Assembly (NCBI GenBank): GCA_022072455.1
Contig: JAJVHY010000012.1
Span: 233,236-297,235, forward strand
From: Verrucomicrobiia bacterium
GTDB taxonomy: Bacteria > Verrucomicrobiota > Verrucomicrobiia > Palsa-1439
DNA: 64,000 nt
Direction of reading: 5' to 3'
Position numbers and translations under genes: made by a program. The notes under the pieces are model-generated. The model worked only from the letters and a program-made list of their open reading frames with translations. It ran no database searches and was not told where the DNA came from. Below, piece after piece: positions 40,046 to 49,665 of the stretch (the first letter of the stretch is position 1; each line of letters opens with the position of its first letter).

Positions 40046-40347
40046 AAGCGTTGACCCCGGTGAACTGGCGTTGACCGACCTCAATTCGCACGCAGTGCGA
40101 GCGGTCGTGATGCCGGGTCAGTGAAACTTTCTAGCTGAAGGCCGACAGCAGACCTGTCACGCCAAAGCCTCGGCGAAGGTGGAAAGCCGGTAGCTATTTC
40201 CCGCGCTTCCCCCTCACTGGGGCCGGTCAACAGGGGGGAAACTATCGTGAACTCACTTCGTCGCGAATTTGCAGACTCATGTGTCCCCTGTCTCAGCATA
40301 CGCGAAGCTTGAAGACTTCTTCTCGCTACAGGATACTCCCAACTTCA

Positions 40348-41328
40348 ATGGAGCAATTTGGTGCAGAGATAAGTAACCCAGTTTCGACGGGGGGCGCCGG
40401 AAACAATTTCGAGTGCCACGTCCAAACGCTGTTTGCGGTTTTGATGCTGGCTGGAGGCGTGTGCCCCTGCCTGCCGAACTGGCCGGCCAGCAGAATCCAA
40501 TTGCAAGGCAAACATGACGGTTACCAAACCGATGATGTCATCGTTTTCGCCCGCAACCCTGACAGCGGACAGGAAGCCAAATTACTGGGTCAGATACGGC
40601 TTTCGGTTGCCATCACGAAGAAAAACAAGAAGTTTGGAAAGGTCATCCGCCGTGCGCTGGAGGATTTTCGGAACCCGCAGCTATTCAACGAGAAAACTGA
40701 CGCAATTGCATTGATTACTGGCCCGTTAAGCGCGAGCGATAATGAAAGCGTTCGTTCCCTTCGTGACTTAGCACAGTACGCTCCGACCGCGAAGGATTTC
40801 CTTGGTAAATTCGAATTGGCTAAGTTCATGAGCGAAACGAAACGGCAGAAGTTCCGAGCTATCCGGGCCCAATTGAAGGCCGCGAATGATGGAGAAGATC
40901 TGCCCGAAGATGAGCTGTGGCGTTTCATGAAGAGTTTTCACTTTCTGAGCTACGATTTGGAATTCTCATCGGGAGCCACGCTGTCGCTGATCCAGTCGGT
41001 CCTCGCACAATTTGGGATTCGCGACGTTGCTGGCCTCTGGGGAAAAGTGAATGAAGAAGTTCGTATGTGCAACCAAAATGCCGGAACGCTGCTGTGGGAT
41101 AATGTCTCCGAAGATCTCCGTCAAACCTTCTCGAAGCGCATTGTGTCGACGCCGGCGCGAGACGAACGTACTCCTCCCGCAGAACAGGATTCGCAGAAGC
41201 AAGTGGTCGAACGTGTACAAGGTGTGCAGGCTGACGCAATGGTGATCGCTGCGCTTGCCGGTGGATTTAACGATAAGAAGAAGGCAGATCTCGAAAGCCT
41301 CAACAAGCTGGTGGGTGGCGATGATTAA
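40348..41328 (+). CDS. hypothetical protein (gene A of the low-GC cassette), possible PD-(D/E)xK-like nuclease N-terminal domain
   Basis: 326 aa at GC ~50%. The N-terminal spacing E(FECHVQ)...D(TDDVIVF)...EAK(QEAKLLGQI) fits the nuclease core pattern. Its stop overlaps the gene B start by 8 nt (ATGATTAA). Confidence 0.55.
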   Translation: MEQFGAEISNPVSTGGAGNNFECHVQTLFAVLMLAGGVCPCLPNWPASRIQLQGKHDGYQTDDVIVFARNPDSGQEAKLLGQIRLSVAITKKNKKFGKVIRRALEDFRNPQLFNEKTDAIALITGPLSASDNESVRSLRDLAQYAPTAKDFLGKFELAKFMSETKRQKFRAIRAQLKAANDGEDLPEDELWRFMKSFHFLSYDLEFSSGATLSLIQSVLAQFGIRDVAGLWGKVNEEVRMCNQNAGTLLWDNVSEDLRQTFSKRIVSTPARDERTPPAEQDSQKQVVERVQGVQADAMVIAALAGGFNDKKKADLESLNKLVGGDD

Positions 41329-43903
41329 GAACCGTGAAGAACTGATTTCGGCCTTGCAGGATGTCTCACTGTTACCGAACTCTCCGCTTAAGCAAAAGGA
41401 CGGAAGATGGCGGGTCGCTGAACGCGTTGAGACGTGGAAAGCTATCGGCCCCAAAATATTTGATGAGCATTTAGATCGACTCAAAAAAGTCGCAGTCGAT
41501 GTACTGCGGGAACGTGATCCTCAGTTCGAATTGAAACCCGAGCAGCGGTACGCAGCAAGCATGCACGGGAAGGTGTTGGAGCATTCGCAGACGCTTAGGA
41601 AGGGATTAGCTGAAACATTAGCTCTAATGGGCAGTCTTCCCCAAGTCTTAACGTCCTGCACACACACCAAACCCGAAAACACAGCTGCTCTAGCGGTTCG
41701 AGAGATACTGCAAGATGCAGATTGGGTACTGTGGGCGAGTCTTAATCCCCAGTTGCCGTTGCTTGCAGAAGCCGCACCGGACGAATTTCTTCATCAGGTT
41801 CAAAAGGCCTTAATCAAGCATCCTTCGCCATTTCTGGAAGTGTTTTCGCAAGAAAGAAACGGAATTGCCGGCAGGAACTACCTGACTGGTCTTCTATGGG
41901 CTCTTGAGACGCTCGCTTGGAATCCAAGCCTTCTAACACAAGCTATCGTTATCCTAGGCGATCTGGCTGCAATCGACCCAGGAGGAAATTGGGCAAACCG
42001 TCCGTTCAATTCAATCGTAGACGTACTCTTACCATGGCATCCACAAACCTGTGCCGACATCTCGAAGCGAAAAGCTGCTGTTGTCGCGCTATTGCGCGAT
42101 CATCCCAAGATTGGATGGAAGCTGCTACTCAGCTTATTGCCAAAGGGTCATGAAACCACTTCTGGCACACAGAAGCCTTCATTCAGAAGTTTTATTCCTA
42201 CTGAATGGTCGGAGAAAGTTACAAACCTTGAATACTGGGACCAAGTTAAAGGCTATGCAGAACTGATAGCGAAATTAGTTTTGGAAGATCGATCTAAGCT
42301 GACTGAAGTTGTGGAACATTTTCCCAATTTACCAGAGCCGTCCCGTTCTAAGATCCTTGAGCACTTACGCTCGAAAAAGATTGCCGATTTACCGGAGTCT
42401 GAACGTTTGCCTGTATGGGAAGCCTTGATGGATCTTGCCGCCAAGCATCGAAATTTTGCCGAGTCGGACTGGGCTCTTCCGAAAGAGTATGTCATACAGT
42501 TAGAAGAAATAGCGGCGACATTGTCTCCAGCCGATCGCACGCTGCTATATCGGCGCCTCTTCAGTAGCCGTGATTTCGAATTGTATGAAAAGCTTGGCGA
42601 CTATGCTGAGCAGGAAAGACAACTAGACGAACGTCGCCGTCAAGCAATCGGAGAAATTCTGGAACAAGGCGCTCTAAATGGAATTCTTCGCTTTGTTCGT
42701 CAAGTCCAGTCTCCCGAAAAAGTCGGAAGTGCTCTTGCGTTCGTTGACTTCGACGAAGTCGGTGAGGGGTTGATTCCGAATTATCTTGAAACGAAAGACC
42801 AATCTCTTGGCCCGTTTATGCGGTCTTTTGTTTGGACGCGCTTTTACGTTAAGAAATCACCCTGGCTTGATAGCTTACCTGTGCAGAATTGGTCTCATGA
42901 GCAAAAGCTTCACTTGTTGCTTTTCTTGCCATTCGTCCCTGAAGTTTGGGACAGAGCACGACAGCTTATCGAGGACGTGTCGCTCTACTGGAGAAATGCC
43001 AATGTCCGTCCTTACGGACTTAAAGAACATGCGAAAACAGCTGTTGAGTGTCTTCTCGACAATGGTCGTCCGCTCGCCGCGATATCCTGCCTCTATGTGA
43101 TGATCAACGAGGGAATTCCGTTTTCCGCGAATCTTGCAATAGCTGCGCTGAAGCAAGCTACAAGTACGAAGCCCAAGGAAGATAAATTCGACACCCATCA
43201 GGTGCTTGACGTAATCAAATGGCTGCAGGCTAATCCAGATGTCGAGGAAGTGTTGCTTGCAGCAGTGGAATGGAGCTACCTATCTCTTTTGAGAGAGCAT
43301 TCAGGCGTAACGCCTAAGACGCTAGAGCGCCACCTAACTCGAGATCCAAAGTTTTTCTGTGAAGTAATTGGATACGCTTTTCGTTCCGAAAAAGAACGGA
43401 ATACGGACCGGCAGGCGACGGAAAAGGAGAGAAACATTGCACAAGGTGCTTATCGATTGCTTCATGAATGGAAGAGCATACCAGGAACGAAACCAGACGG
43501 CTCTTTTGATGAAAAGCTATTTGACCAATGGCTCCAAGAGGTAAGGAGAATAACAAGTAAATCGGGACATCTCGGAATCGCGTTGGATCAAATAGGCAAA
43601 GTACTCGCCCACGCACCGCCGAGCCCTGATGGTCTTTGGATACATAGCGCGGTTGCTGAAGTCTTGAACGCAAGAGATGCCGAAGAAATGCGCGCAGGGT
43701 TCTCTTGTGAGCGCGTTAATATGCGTGGTGTCCACTGGGACACCCAAGGCAAGCAGGAACGAGAGATTGCGGACGACTACAATCGAAAGGCAGATGCGCT
43801 AGATGAAAAGGGGTTTGCCCGAATTGCTGCTGCCGTTCGCGGAATTGCCAAGAGTTTTGAGCGGGAAGCGGAACTGGACATTCGCCGCACAATTGAAGAG
43901 TAA
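41321..43903 (+). CDS. hypothetical large alpha-helical protein (gene B of the low-GC cassette)
   Basis: 860 aa at GC ~46-50%, Trp/Leu-rich and helical. It has no Walker A, DExH or other NTPase motif. Confidence 0.55.
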   Translation: MIKNREELISALQDVSLLPNSPLKQKDGRWRVAERVETWKAIGPKIFDEHLDRLKKVAVDVLRERDPQFELKPEQRYAASMHGKVLEHSQTLRKGLAETLALMGSLPQVLTSCTHTKPENTAALAVREILQDADWVLWASLNPQLPLLAEAAPDEFLHQVQKALIKHPSPFLEVFSQERNGIAGRNYLTGLLWALETLAWNPSLLTQAIVILGDLAAIDPGGNWANRPFNSIVDVLLPWHPQTCADISKRKAAVVALLRDHPKIGWKLLLSLLPKGHETTSGTQKPSFRSFIPTEWSEKVTNLEYWDQVKGYAELIAKLVLEDRSKLTEVVEHFPNLPEPSRSKILEHLRSKKIADLPESERLPVWEALMDLAAKHRNFAESDWALPKEYVIQLEEIAATLSPADRTLLYRRLFSSRDFELYEKLGDYAEQERQLDERRRQAIGEILEQGALNGILRFVRQVQSPEKVGSALAFVDFDEVGEGLIPNYLETKDQSLGPFMRSFVWTRFYVKKSPWLDSLPVQNWSHEQKLHLLLFLPFVPEVWDRARQLIEDVSLYWRNANVRPYGLKEHAKTAVECLLDNGRPLAAISCLYVMINEGIPFSANLAIAALKQATSTKPKEDKFDTHQVLDVIKWLQANPDVEEVLLAAVEWSYLSLLREHSGVTPKTLERHLTRDPKFFCEVIGYAFRSEKERNTDRQATEKERNIAQGAYRLLHEWKSIPGTKPDGSFDEKLFDQWLQEVRRITSKSGHLGIALDQIGKVLAHAPPSPDGLWIHSAVAEVLNARDAEEMRAGFSCERVNMRGVHWDTQGKQEREIADDYNRKADALDEKGFARIAAAVRGIAKSFEREAELDIRRTIEE

Positions 43904-44367
43904 ACGAACACGCGTTAATTCGAAAATCCGAACCCAGGTCAACTCCCCACCTCCCACACGATAACTCCTTGATGATCTCCGGGCGAAGCTGTCTGCTGTC
44001 AGCGGTCAGCTATCAGCTGTCGGTGGTCAGCGGTCAGCATTCGGCGGTTGACGGGGTTCGTGGGGCAACAACTCACAACTATTGCATCGAGTTTAAGAAG
44101 CTCGACGTGAATTAAGGCCGGTTGGTTTGGTTCAAGACGCACAGCGAACTCGCCCGCCATGCCTAAGGCCCCCAGAAAACCGACCACCCGGCACTGCGGC
44201 CTGTTCGATTTTGACTGAAAACGGTCAAAAATGTCAGCGGCCGACACAATTGTACTTCTTTCTTGCCGTAATAGCTCGGAATCTTCCGCGGCACATTGAT
44301 TGCTGAAAATGGGCCGCGCGGCTGCAATGGCCGCCTCTGAAAACTCGGTAACTCGAAAGGATTCATT

Positions 44368-45090
44368 ATGGACGACATGCAGGCGAAGATCGCGCAGTAC
44401 AAAGCGCTGCAGACTCAAACCCGCCGCTGGCGATTTGGCGGCGTGGTGGCGATCCTCCTGGTCGTGGGCGGCTGTATGTGGCACGTCCGCACCCGGGCGC
44501 TCGCGTTGGTGGATAACGGTCCGACGCACGATCGGTTTGTGGCGGACTTGAAGAAGGGGTTGACCCATGACGTTGTGCCGGTCGCCCAGCGATTGACGAT
44601 GGAAACCCTCAACCGGCTCGGCCCGGCGGTTCAGAAGGAAATGGAGAAGCTCGAAACCCGGTTGCCGGAAATCACCGACCGCGCGGAAAAGGAAATGGCC
44701 TTGCTGCGCAAGAACCTGCCGGAGCGGGCGGAGAAGGCGTTGAAGCCGACGTTCGGCAAAGCGCTCGACAGCCGGTTGGCCGTCTGGAAGAAACAATACC
44801 CGGATCTGACCGCCGAGCAGTTGAGTGCCGCGAGCGGCCGGCTGGTCAATGAAGTCCACGATCGCATGGCTAACGTCGCCTCGGTCGTCGTGCTGCCCTA
44901 TGAATCGTCGTTTGAGAAGATCACCGCGCATCTCGACGAAATCCGCCGTCTGGAAGCCGGCCACCCCGAAGTCGATCCGTGGGATCTGGCGATCGTCTCC
45001 GTCGGCCTGTTGCACGAACAACTCATGAAGTACAACCCGCAAGCCCGGCAACTCTTCGTTGCCTCGCTCGACAAGCAGGAGGTCAAATGA
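44368..45090 (+). CDS. hypothetical single-TM membrane protein
   Basis: 240 aa with one TM segment (WRFGGVVAILLVVGGCMW) and a coiled-coil-rich region. Confidence 0.5.
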   Translation: MDDMQAKIAQYKALQTQTRRWRFGGVVAILLVVGGCMWHVRTRALALVDNGPTHDRFVADLKKGLTHDVVPVAQRLTMETLNRLGPAVQKEMEKLETRLPEITDRAEKEMALLRKNLPERAEKALKPTFGKALDSRLAVWKKQYPDLTAEQLSAASGRLVNEVHDRMANVASVVVLPYESSFEKITAHLDEIRRLEAGHPEVDPWDLAIVSVGLLHEQLMKYNPQARQLFVASLDKQEVK

Positions 45091-45773
45091 GCACCCCGGA
45101 AACCACCGCGACTTCTTTCGTCGATGAACAACTGGCCGACGCCGAGCGCACGTTCAAGAACACACGGCGCGCGACCCTCATCATCTGCGGGGCCGTCGGC
45201 TTGTACGCCATCGGGGTGACGGCTTGGTTGCACAACAACGTTCTTCAACCCACCGCCGCCGCGGACATCGCGACGGCCCATGCGGTGGAGATCGTTCAAC
45301 AGAGCGGTGCCGCGTTGTCCGATCAAATCGTCCATGAAGTGCCGGCAGTCATCGCATCGGCGCCGGATTATCTGCTCGAACAGATGCCGGACTACCGGGC
45401 GCAGTTGGAAAACAAGTTCGAACAAATGCTCGCCGCCTACGGCCAGCAATTCGAGCCGGAAGTCGAAGCGTTCCTCGACCAGTTCTTCAACGAACACCGG
45501 GAACAAGTCCAGGCGATCCTCGCCGCCGTGAATGATCCGAAGATGACCAAGCGGTTCGGCGATCAACTCGAGCAGGAGTTGCTCTCGTACTTGAAGACGC
45601 CGAACGCCCGCGGCGAATCGGTGTTGGATCTGCTGGACCACGGCCGGGTCGTGCTCGAAGACGTCGAGCACCGGCTGGACCGGCTGGCCCATGCGAAGAA
45701 TCTCAGCGCGGAAGAAATCAAGTTGCGTCGGATTGTCGCCGCCACGCTGAAGACGGCTCACGCCAACCTCTAA
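45087..45773 (+). CDS. hypothetical single-TM membrane protein (partner of the previous gene)
   Basis: 228 aa. Its ATG overlaps the upstream TGA (ATGA). It has one TM segment (ATLIICGAVGLYAIGVTAWL). Confidence 0.5.
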   Translation: MSTPETTATSFVDEQLADAERTFKNTRRATLIICGAVGLYAIGVTAWLHNNVLQPTAAADIATAHAVEIVQQSGAALSDQIVHEVPAVIASAPDYLLEQMPDYRAQLENKFEQMLAAYGQQFEPEVEAFLDQFFNEHREQVQAILAAVNDPKMTKRFGDQLEQELLSYLKTPNARGESVLDLLDHGRVVLEDVEHRLDRLAHAKNLSAEEIKLRRIVAATLKTAHANL

Positions 45774-45968
45774 ACGCACCGGTCATTCAGAGCAAAGCAG
45801 GACGCCCGGCAAAACGCCGGGCGTTCTCTTTTTTGCTGAGTTGGCCGGCACGCGGCACCGTCAATCCGTCGCTCAAGGGCGAAACGTCCACTTGTCCGAT
45901 TGACCGTAGAACTGAACTGCTAGGAAATTGCTTTTGCGGAGGGGGCCAGAACGAGCGGCAGCAGGGGG

Positions 45969-46595
45969 TTAACGCGGCTTCCCGGAGCGGCAGCTTGCGC
46001 CACTGTTGCGGGCGCGTTTCTTTTTCCCAGACCCATTCCGCCCGGCGCCATTCTGGCCGGGCTTCTTCTGGCGCGGCCACTTTCGCCGCGCAGCCCGGCG
46101 TCGGTACTCCGTCGGCGTCAGGCGGGTGAGGCGTTTGAACCAGAAGTAAAAGTCCGGCCACGACTGGAAACCGGCTTCGTCGGCCACGGTGCTGACTTTC
46201 TTATTGAAGTCGAGCAGGAGATCCTTCGCGCGTTCGATCCGGCGGGTCGCGACATAGCGCGAGAACCGATAGCCGGTGGTTTTCTTGAGCTGACCGGAAA
46301 ACGGGCCGGGCGAGAGCCCGGCGTGCCGGGTCACTTGTTCGAGCGTCAGCCGGTCGGTGAGGTGGGCTTCGATGAAGGCGAGGGCGTGCTGGAAGGCGGA
46401 CGGCTCGTAGCGGTAGGCTTCCCGGCGGTGGTACCGGCTGAGTTCGCCATGCCGGTCCGCCAGCGCCAGACACCGGGCGCGATGCGCCGCGAGCGCGGCG
46501 GGGGACCGCGGCGGGGACACCACACCGCCCTCCCGGCCCGCCCGGGAAGAGTGCTCGTGCTCGCGACCTCGCCTGACCGTGGTTTCCATCCGCAC
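45969..46595 (-). CDS. AraC-family HTH transcriptional regulator (HTH domain only)
   Basis: LTLEQVTRHAGLSPGPFSGQLKKTTGYRFSRYVATRRIERAKDLL is an AraC-type double HTH. Confidence 0.6.
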   Translation of the reverse strand: MRMETTVRRGREHEHSSRAGREGGVVSPPRSPAALAAHRARCLALADRHGELSRYHRREAYRYEPSAFQHALAFIEAHLTDRLTLEQVTRHAGLSPGPFSGQLKKTTGYRFSRYVATRRIERAKDLLLDFNKKVSTVADEAGFQSWPDFYFWFKRLTRLTPTEYRRRAARRKWPRQKKPGQNGAGRNGSGKKKRARNSGASCRSGKPR

Positions 46596-46699
46596 CGCAC
46601 CGGCAACTGCCGAACAGAAACCTCACCGTCAGCACCACCCACCTACCGGGCGCATTTCTTACCGAAGTGATTGGGGATTGCCAAGCTGGTTTGCGGAAG

Positions 46700-47030
46700 A
46701 CAGGAGTCAGGAGGCAGTAGGCAAAAGACAGTAGGCAGAAGTCAGAAGTCAGAAGTCAGGAGTCGTGAACATCCGCCTGCCCTGAATGCGTTCGGGGTGA
46801 ATGGCTACTCCCACTTTTCGTCTTTCGTGTCATTTCGTGCATTCCGTGGTTAACCGGAGCAGCGGGGGCAGTGGGCAGAAGACAGTGGGCAGAAGTCAGG
46901 AGGCAGTATTCGTGAATCCCACCGGCTCATCTGCCGGTCGCGGCGCAGAGGCCGCTCCCACTTTTCGTCTTTCGTGTCATTTCGTGTATTCCCGCCGTCG
47001 CCTGGCCTTTGGCGTGCATTCCGTGGTTCT
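46700..47030. repeat. tandemly duplicated ~160-bp element upstream of cimA/leuA
   Basis: Each copy has a CAGNAGN heptamer tract (x9 at 46701-46763; x6 at 46869-46910). Each also has the conserved block CTCCCACTTTTCGTCTTTCGTGTCATTTCGTG(C/T)ATTCC(GTGGTT) (46808-46851; 46955-46992, with the tail at 47014-47028). Confidence 0.75.
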
Positions 47031-47094
47031 ATCCCTTCCCCTCTGCCTCCTCCCCGAATTCGCGAGTCAAACCCAGCATTGACGACACCGGCCG

Positions 47095-48684
47095 TTGGTT
47101 TTAGTCTCTGCCCCTGTGAATAAAACAGTCGCCATCTATGATACGACGTTGCGGGACGGAACGCAGGCGGAGGGCATCTCGTTTTCGAGCGCCGACAAAA
47201 TCCGCATCGCGGAACGGCTCGATACGTTTGGCATCAGTTACATCGAGGGCGGCTGGCCAGGCTCGAATCCGAAGGACATGGAGTTCTTCACCGAAGCCGC
47301 GAAACGGAAATTCAAGACCGCCCGCATCGCCGCGTTCGGCAGTACCCGGCGCGCCAAGACCAAGTGCGCCGAGGACCCGCAGATCGCGACCTTGCTGGCG
47401 GCGAATACCCCGGTCGTCACCATGGTCGGCAAGACGTGGTCATTGCACGTCCGCGAAGTCATCCGCACCACCCCCGAGGAAAACATCGCGATGGTGGCGG
47501 ACTCGATCCGGTATTTCAAAGAGCTCGGCAAGGAAGTCATTTACGACGCCGAACATTTCTTCGACGGCTACAAGGATGATCCCCGGTATTCCCTCGCGAC
47601 GTTGACCGCCGCGCAGGAGGCCGGCGTGGACATGGTGGTACTCTGCGACACCAACGGCGGCACCATGCCGAGCGAAATCAGTCGCGTGACCGGCGAAGTC
47701 CGCCGGGCCGTCAAATGCGCGGTCGGCATTCATACTCACAACGATAGCGGGTGCGGCGTCGCGAATGCGCTGGCCGCCGTCGAAGCCGGCGCGACCCAGG
47801 TCCAGGGCACGATGAACGGTTACGGCGAACGCACCGGCAACTGCAACTTGATCACCGTGATGCCGTGTCTCTTTTTGAAGATGGGCTACACCGGCATCCC
47901 GCCCGAACAACTCCGGCATCTGCGCGAGTTGTCCACGTTCATTGACGATCTTGCCAACGTCCGCCCCGACATCCGGCAACCGTTCGTCGGCGCCACGGCC
48001 TTCGCCCACAAGGGCGGCATCCACGTCAACGCCATCGAGAAAGTCGCCCGCAGCTACGAGCACATCGAGCCCGAACTCGTTGGCAACCGGCGCCGGGTGC
48101 TCGTCAGCGACATGAGCGGCCGGAGCAACATTTTGATGAAGGCGCACGAGCTGGGCATGGACTTGAACAAGGACACGCCGGAAGTCCGCGCCATTCTCAA
48201 GCAGCTCAAGCAGCTCGAACATGCCGGCTACGAATACGAAGCCGCCGACGGGAGTTTTCACATCCTCGTCCAGAAGCTGTTGAAGAAACACAAACCGTTT
48301 TTCCAGTTGTTGCATTACCGGGTCAGCATGATCCGCGACGCGGGCGACACGGGCAACGTGGTCGAGGCCACCGTCAAACTCGACGTCGCCGGCAAGGTTG
48401 TCCATCAGGTCGCCGAAGGCGACGGCCCGGTCAACGCGCTCGACAAGGCGTTTCGCGCGGCGTTGATGGAATTCTTCCCGGTCATCGCTGAAGTCCGGCT
48501 GGTGGACTACAAGGTGCGCATCCTCGACAGCGGCACCGGTACCGCCGCGAAGACGCGCGTCATCATCGAGAGCACCGACGGCAAGGAAACGTGGGGGACG
48601 GTCGGCGTCCACGACAACATCATCGAGGCCAGTTGGGAAGCTTTGGTGGACTCGGTCGAGTACAAGCTCTTCAAGACCCAATAA
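47095..48684 (+). CDS. citramalate synthase/2-isopropylmalate synthase family protein (CimA-like)
   Basis: IYDTTLRDGTQ, HTHNDSGCGVANALAAVEAGA, and the C-terminal LeuA dimerisation domain. The start may be the GTG at 47116. Confidence 0.85.
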   Translation: MVLVSAPVNKTVAIYDTTLRDGTQAEGISFSSADKIRIAERLDTFGISYIEGGWPGSNPKDMEFFTEAAKRKFKTARIAAFGSTRRAKTKCAEDPQIATLLAANTPVVTMVGKTWSLHVREVIRTTPEENIAMVADSIRYFKELGKEVIYDAEHFFDGYKDDPRYSLATLTAAQEAGVDMVVLCDTNGGTMPSEISRVTGEVRRAVKCAVGIHTHNDSGCGVANALAAVEAGATQVQGTMNGYGERTGNCNLITVMPCLFLKMGYTGIPPEQLRHLRELSTFIDDLANVRPDIRQPFVGATAFAHKGGIHVNAIEKVARSYEHIEPELVGNRRRVLVSDMSGRSNILMKAHELGMDLNKDTPEVRAILKQLKQLEHAGYEYEAADGSFHILVQKLLKKHKPFFQLLHYRVSMIRDAGDTGNVVEATVKLDVAGKVVHQVAEGDGPVNALDKAFRAALMEFFPVIAEVRLVDYKVRILDSGTGTAAKTRVIIESTDGKETWGTVGVHDNIIEASWEALVDSVEYKLFKTQ

Positions 48685-48693
48685 CTTCGCGGC

Positions 48694-49665
48694 ATGCGTC
48701 CCCTCCTCCTGATCTTCTGCGGCGTCTTTGGTTTGGTGGCGTTCAGTCACGCCAGCGAAACTCTTGGCGACGGCGCCCGCGTCATTGTCACCGAAGAGAA
48801 CGACAAGTTCATCAAGCCGAGCACCGACAAACATTACACCCAGGGGCTGCACCTGACCGTCCTCTGGCCGGATGAACGCGTTCCCTTCTGGGGCAATCCC
48901 TTGTCCCACCTCCCCAACCTCGGCGTGGCGGAACCGACCCGCAAATACGGTTTCCGCATCGGCCAGGACATCTACACGCCGGAGGACACCGCCGCCAGAA
49001 CTTTGATCGTGGATGACCGGCCGTATGCCGGCTGGCTCTACTTGGGCTTGATCCGCGAAAGCCGCGGCACGGTGGGACGCGGTATTCCCGTGGTGGACAC
49101 GTTGACGGTGGATGCGGGCGTCATCGGCCCCCTCGCCCAAGCCGACAGTTCGCAAATCTGGTTTCATGGTCTGATTGAGGTGGATCAACCCAACGGCTGG
49201 CGCAACCAACTCGATGATGAACCGGCGTTCCTCATCAACTACAACCGGAAATTCCTCCTCTGGGATTCCGCGCCGCCCACCGACGCCTTCCACGTCCAAC
49301 TCCTGCCCCACGTCGGCGTCAAAATCGGCACCATCGAAACCTCGGCCACGCTCGGCACCACCCTCCGGTTCGGCGCCAACTTCCCCAATGAATTTGCCAA
49401 AGCGTCGCCCGCCCGGCTCGGCTGGTATGTCTTCGGCAGCACCGAAGCCCGCGCCGTCGCCTACAACACCTTCCTCGACGGCAACCTCTACCACGACAGC
49501 CACAGCGTCAGCAAAGAGCCGGTCGTGCTGCGCCTCCGCGCCGGCGTGGCGGTGATTCTCTACCGCATCGAACTGAGCTACACCTATAACTATCTCACCC
49601 ACGAATTCAAAAAGCAGGACACATACGACGCCTACGCGTCCCTGAACCTCACGTACCACTTCTGA
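48694..49665 (+). CDS. outer-membrane beta-barrel protein (DUF2219/lipid A deacylase-like)
   Basis: Has a signal peptide and alternating amphipathic strands. It ends in an aromatic residue (…LNLTYHF). Confidence 0.55.
   Translation: MRPLLLIFCGVFGLVAFSHASETLGDGARVIVTEENDKFIKPSTDKHYTQGLHLTVLWPDERVPFWGNPLSHLPNLGVAEPTRKYGFRIGQDIYTPEDTAARTLIVDDRPYAGWLYLGLIRESRGTVGRGIPVVDTLTVDAGVIGPLAQADSSQIWFHGLIEVDQPNGWRNQLDDEPAFLINYNRKFLLWDSAPPTDAFHVQLLPHVGVKIGTIETSATLGTTLRFGANFPNEFAKASPARLGWYVFGSTEARAVAYNTFLDGNLYHDSHSVSKEPVVLRLRAGVAVILYRIELSYTYNYLTHEFKKQDTYDAYASLNLTYHF

Noticed and set aside
40348-43903. Hachiman (HamA/HamB) assignment for the low-GC pair
   Set aside because: Gene B lacks a Walker A motif and the DExH helicase motifs that define HamB.
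43999-45051. 350-aa minus-strand ORF
   Set aside because: It is antisense to the coupled membrane-protein pair and extends into the intergenic region, with no motifs.
47440-49659. 739-aa ORF on the minus strand
   Set aside because: It is antisense to cimA/leuA and to the outer-membrane protein gene, and has no motifs. It is a GC artefact.
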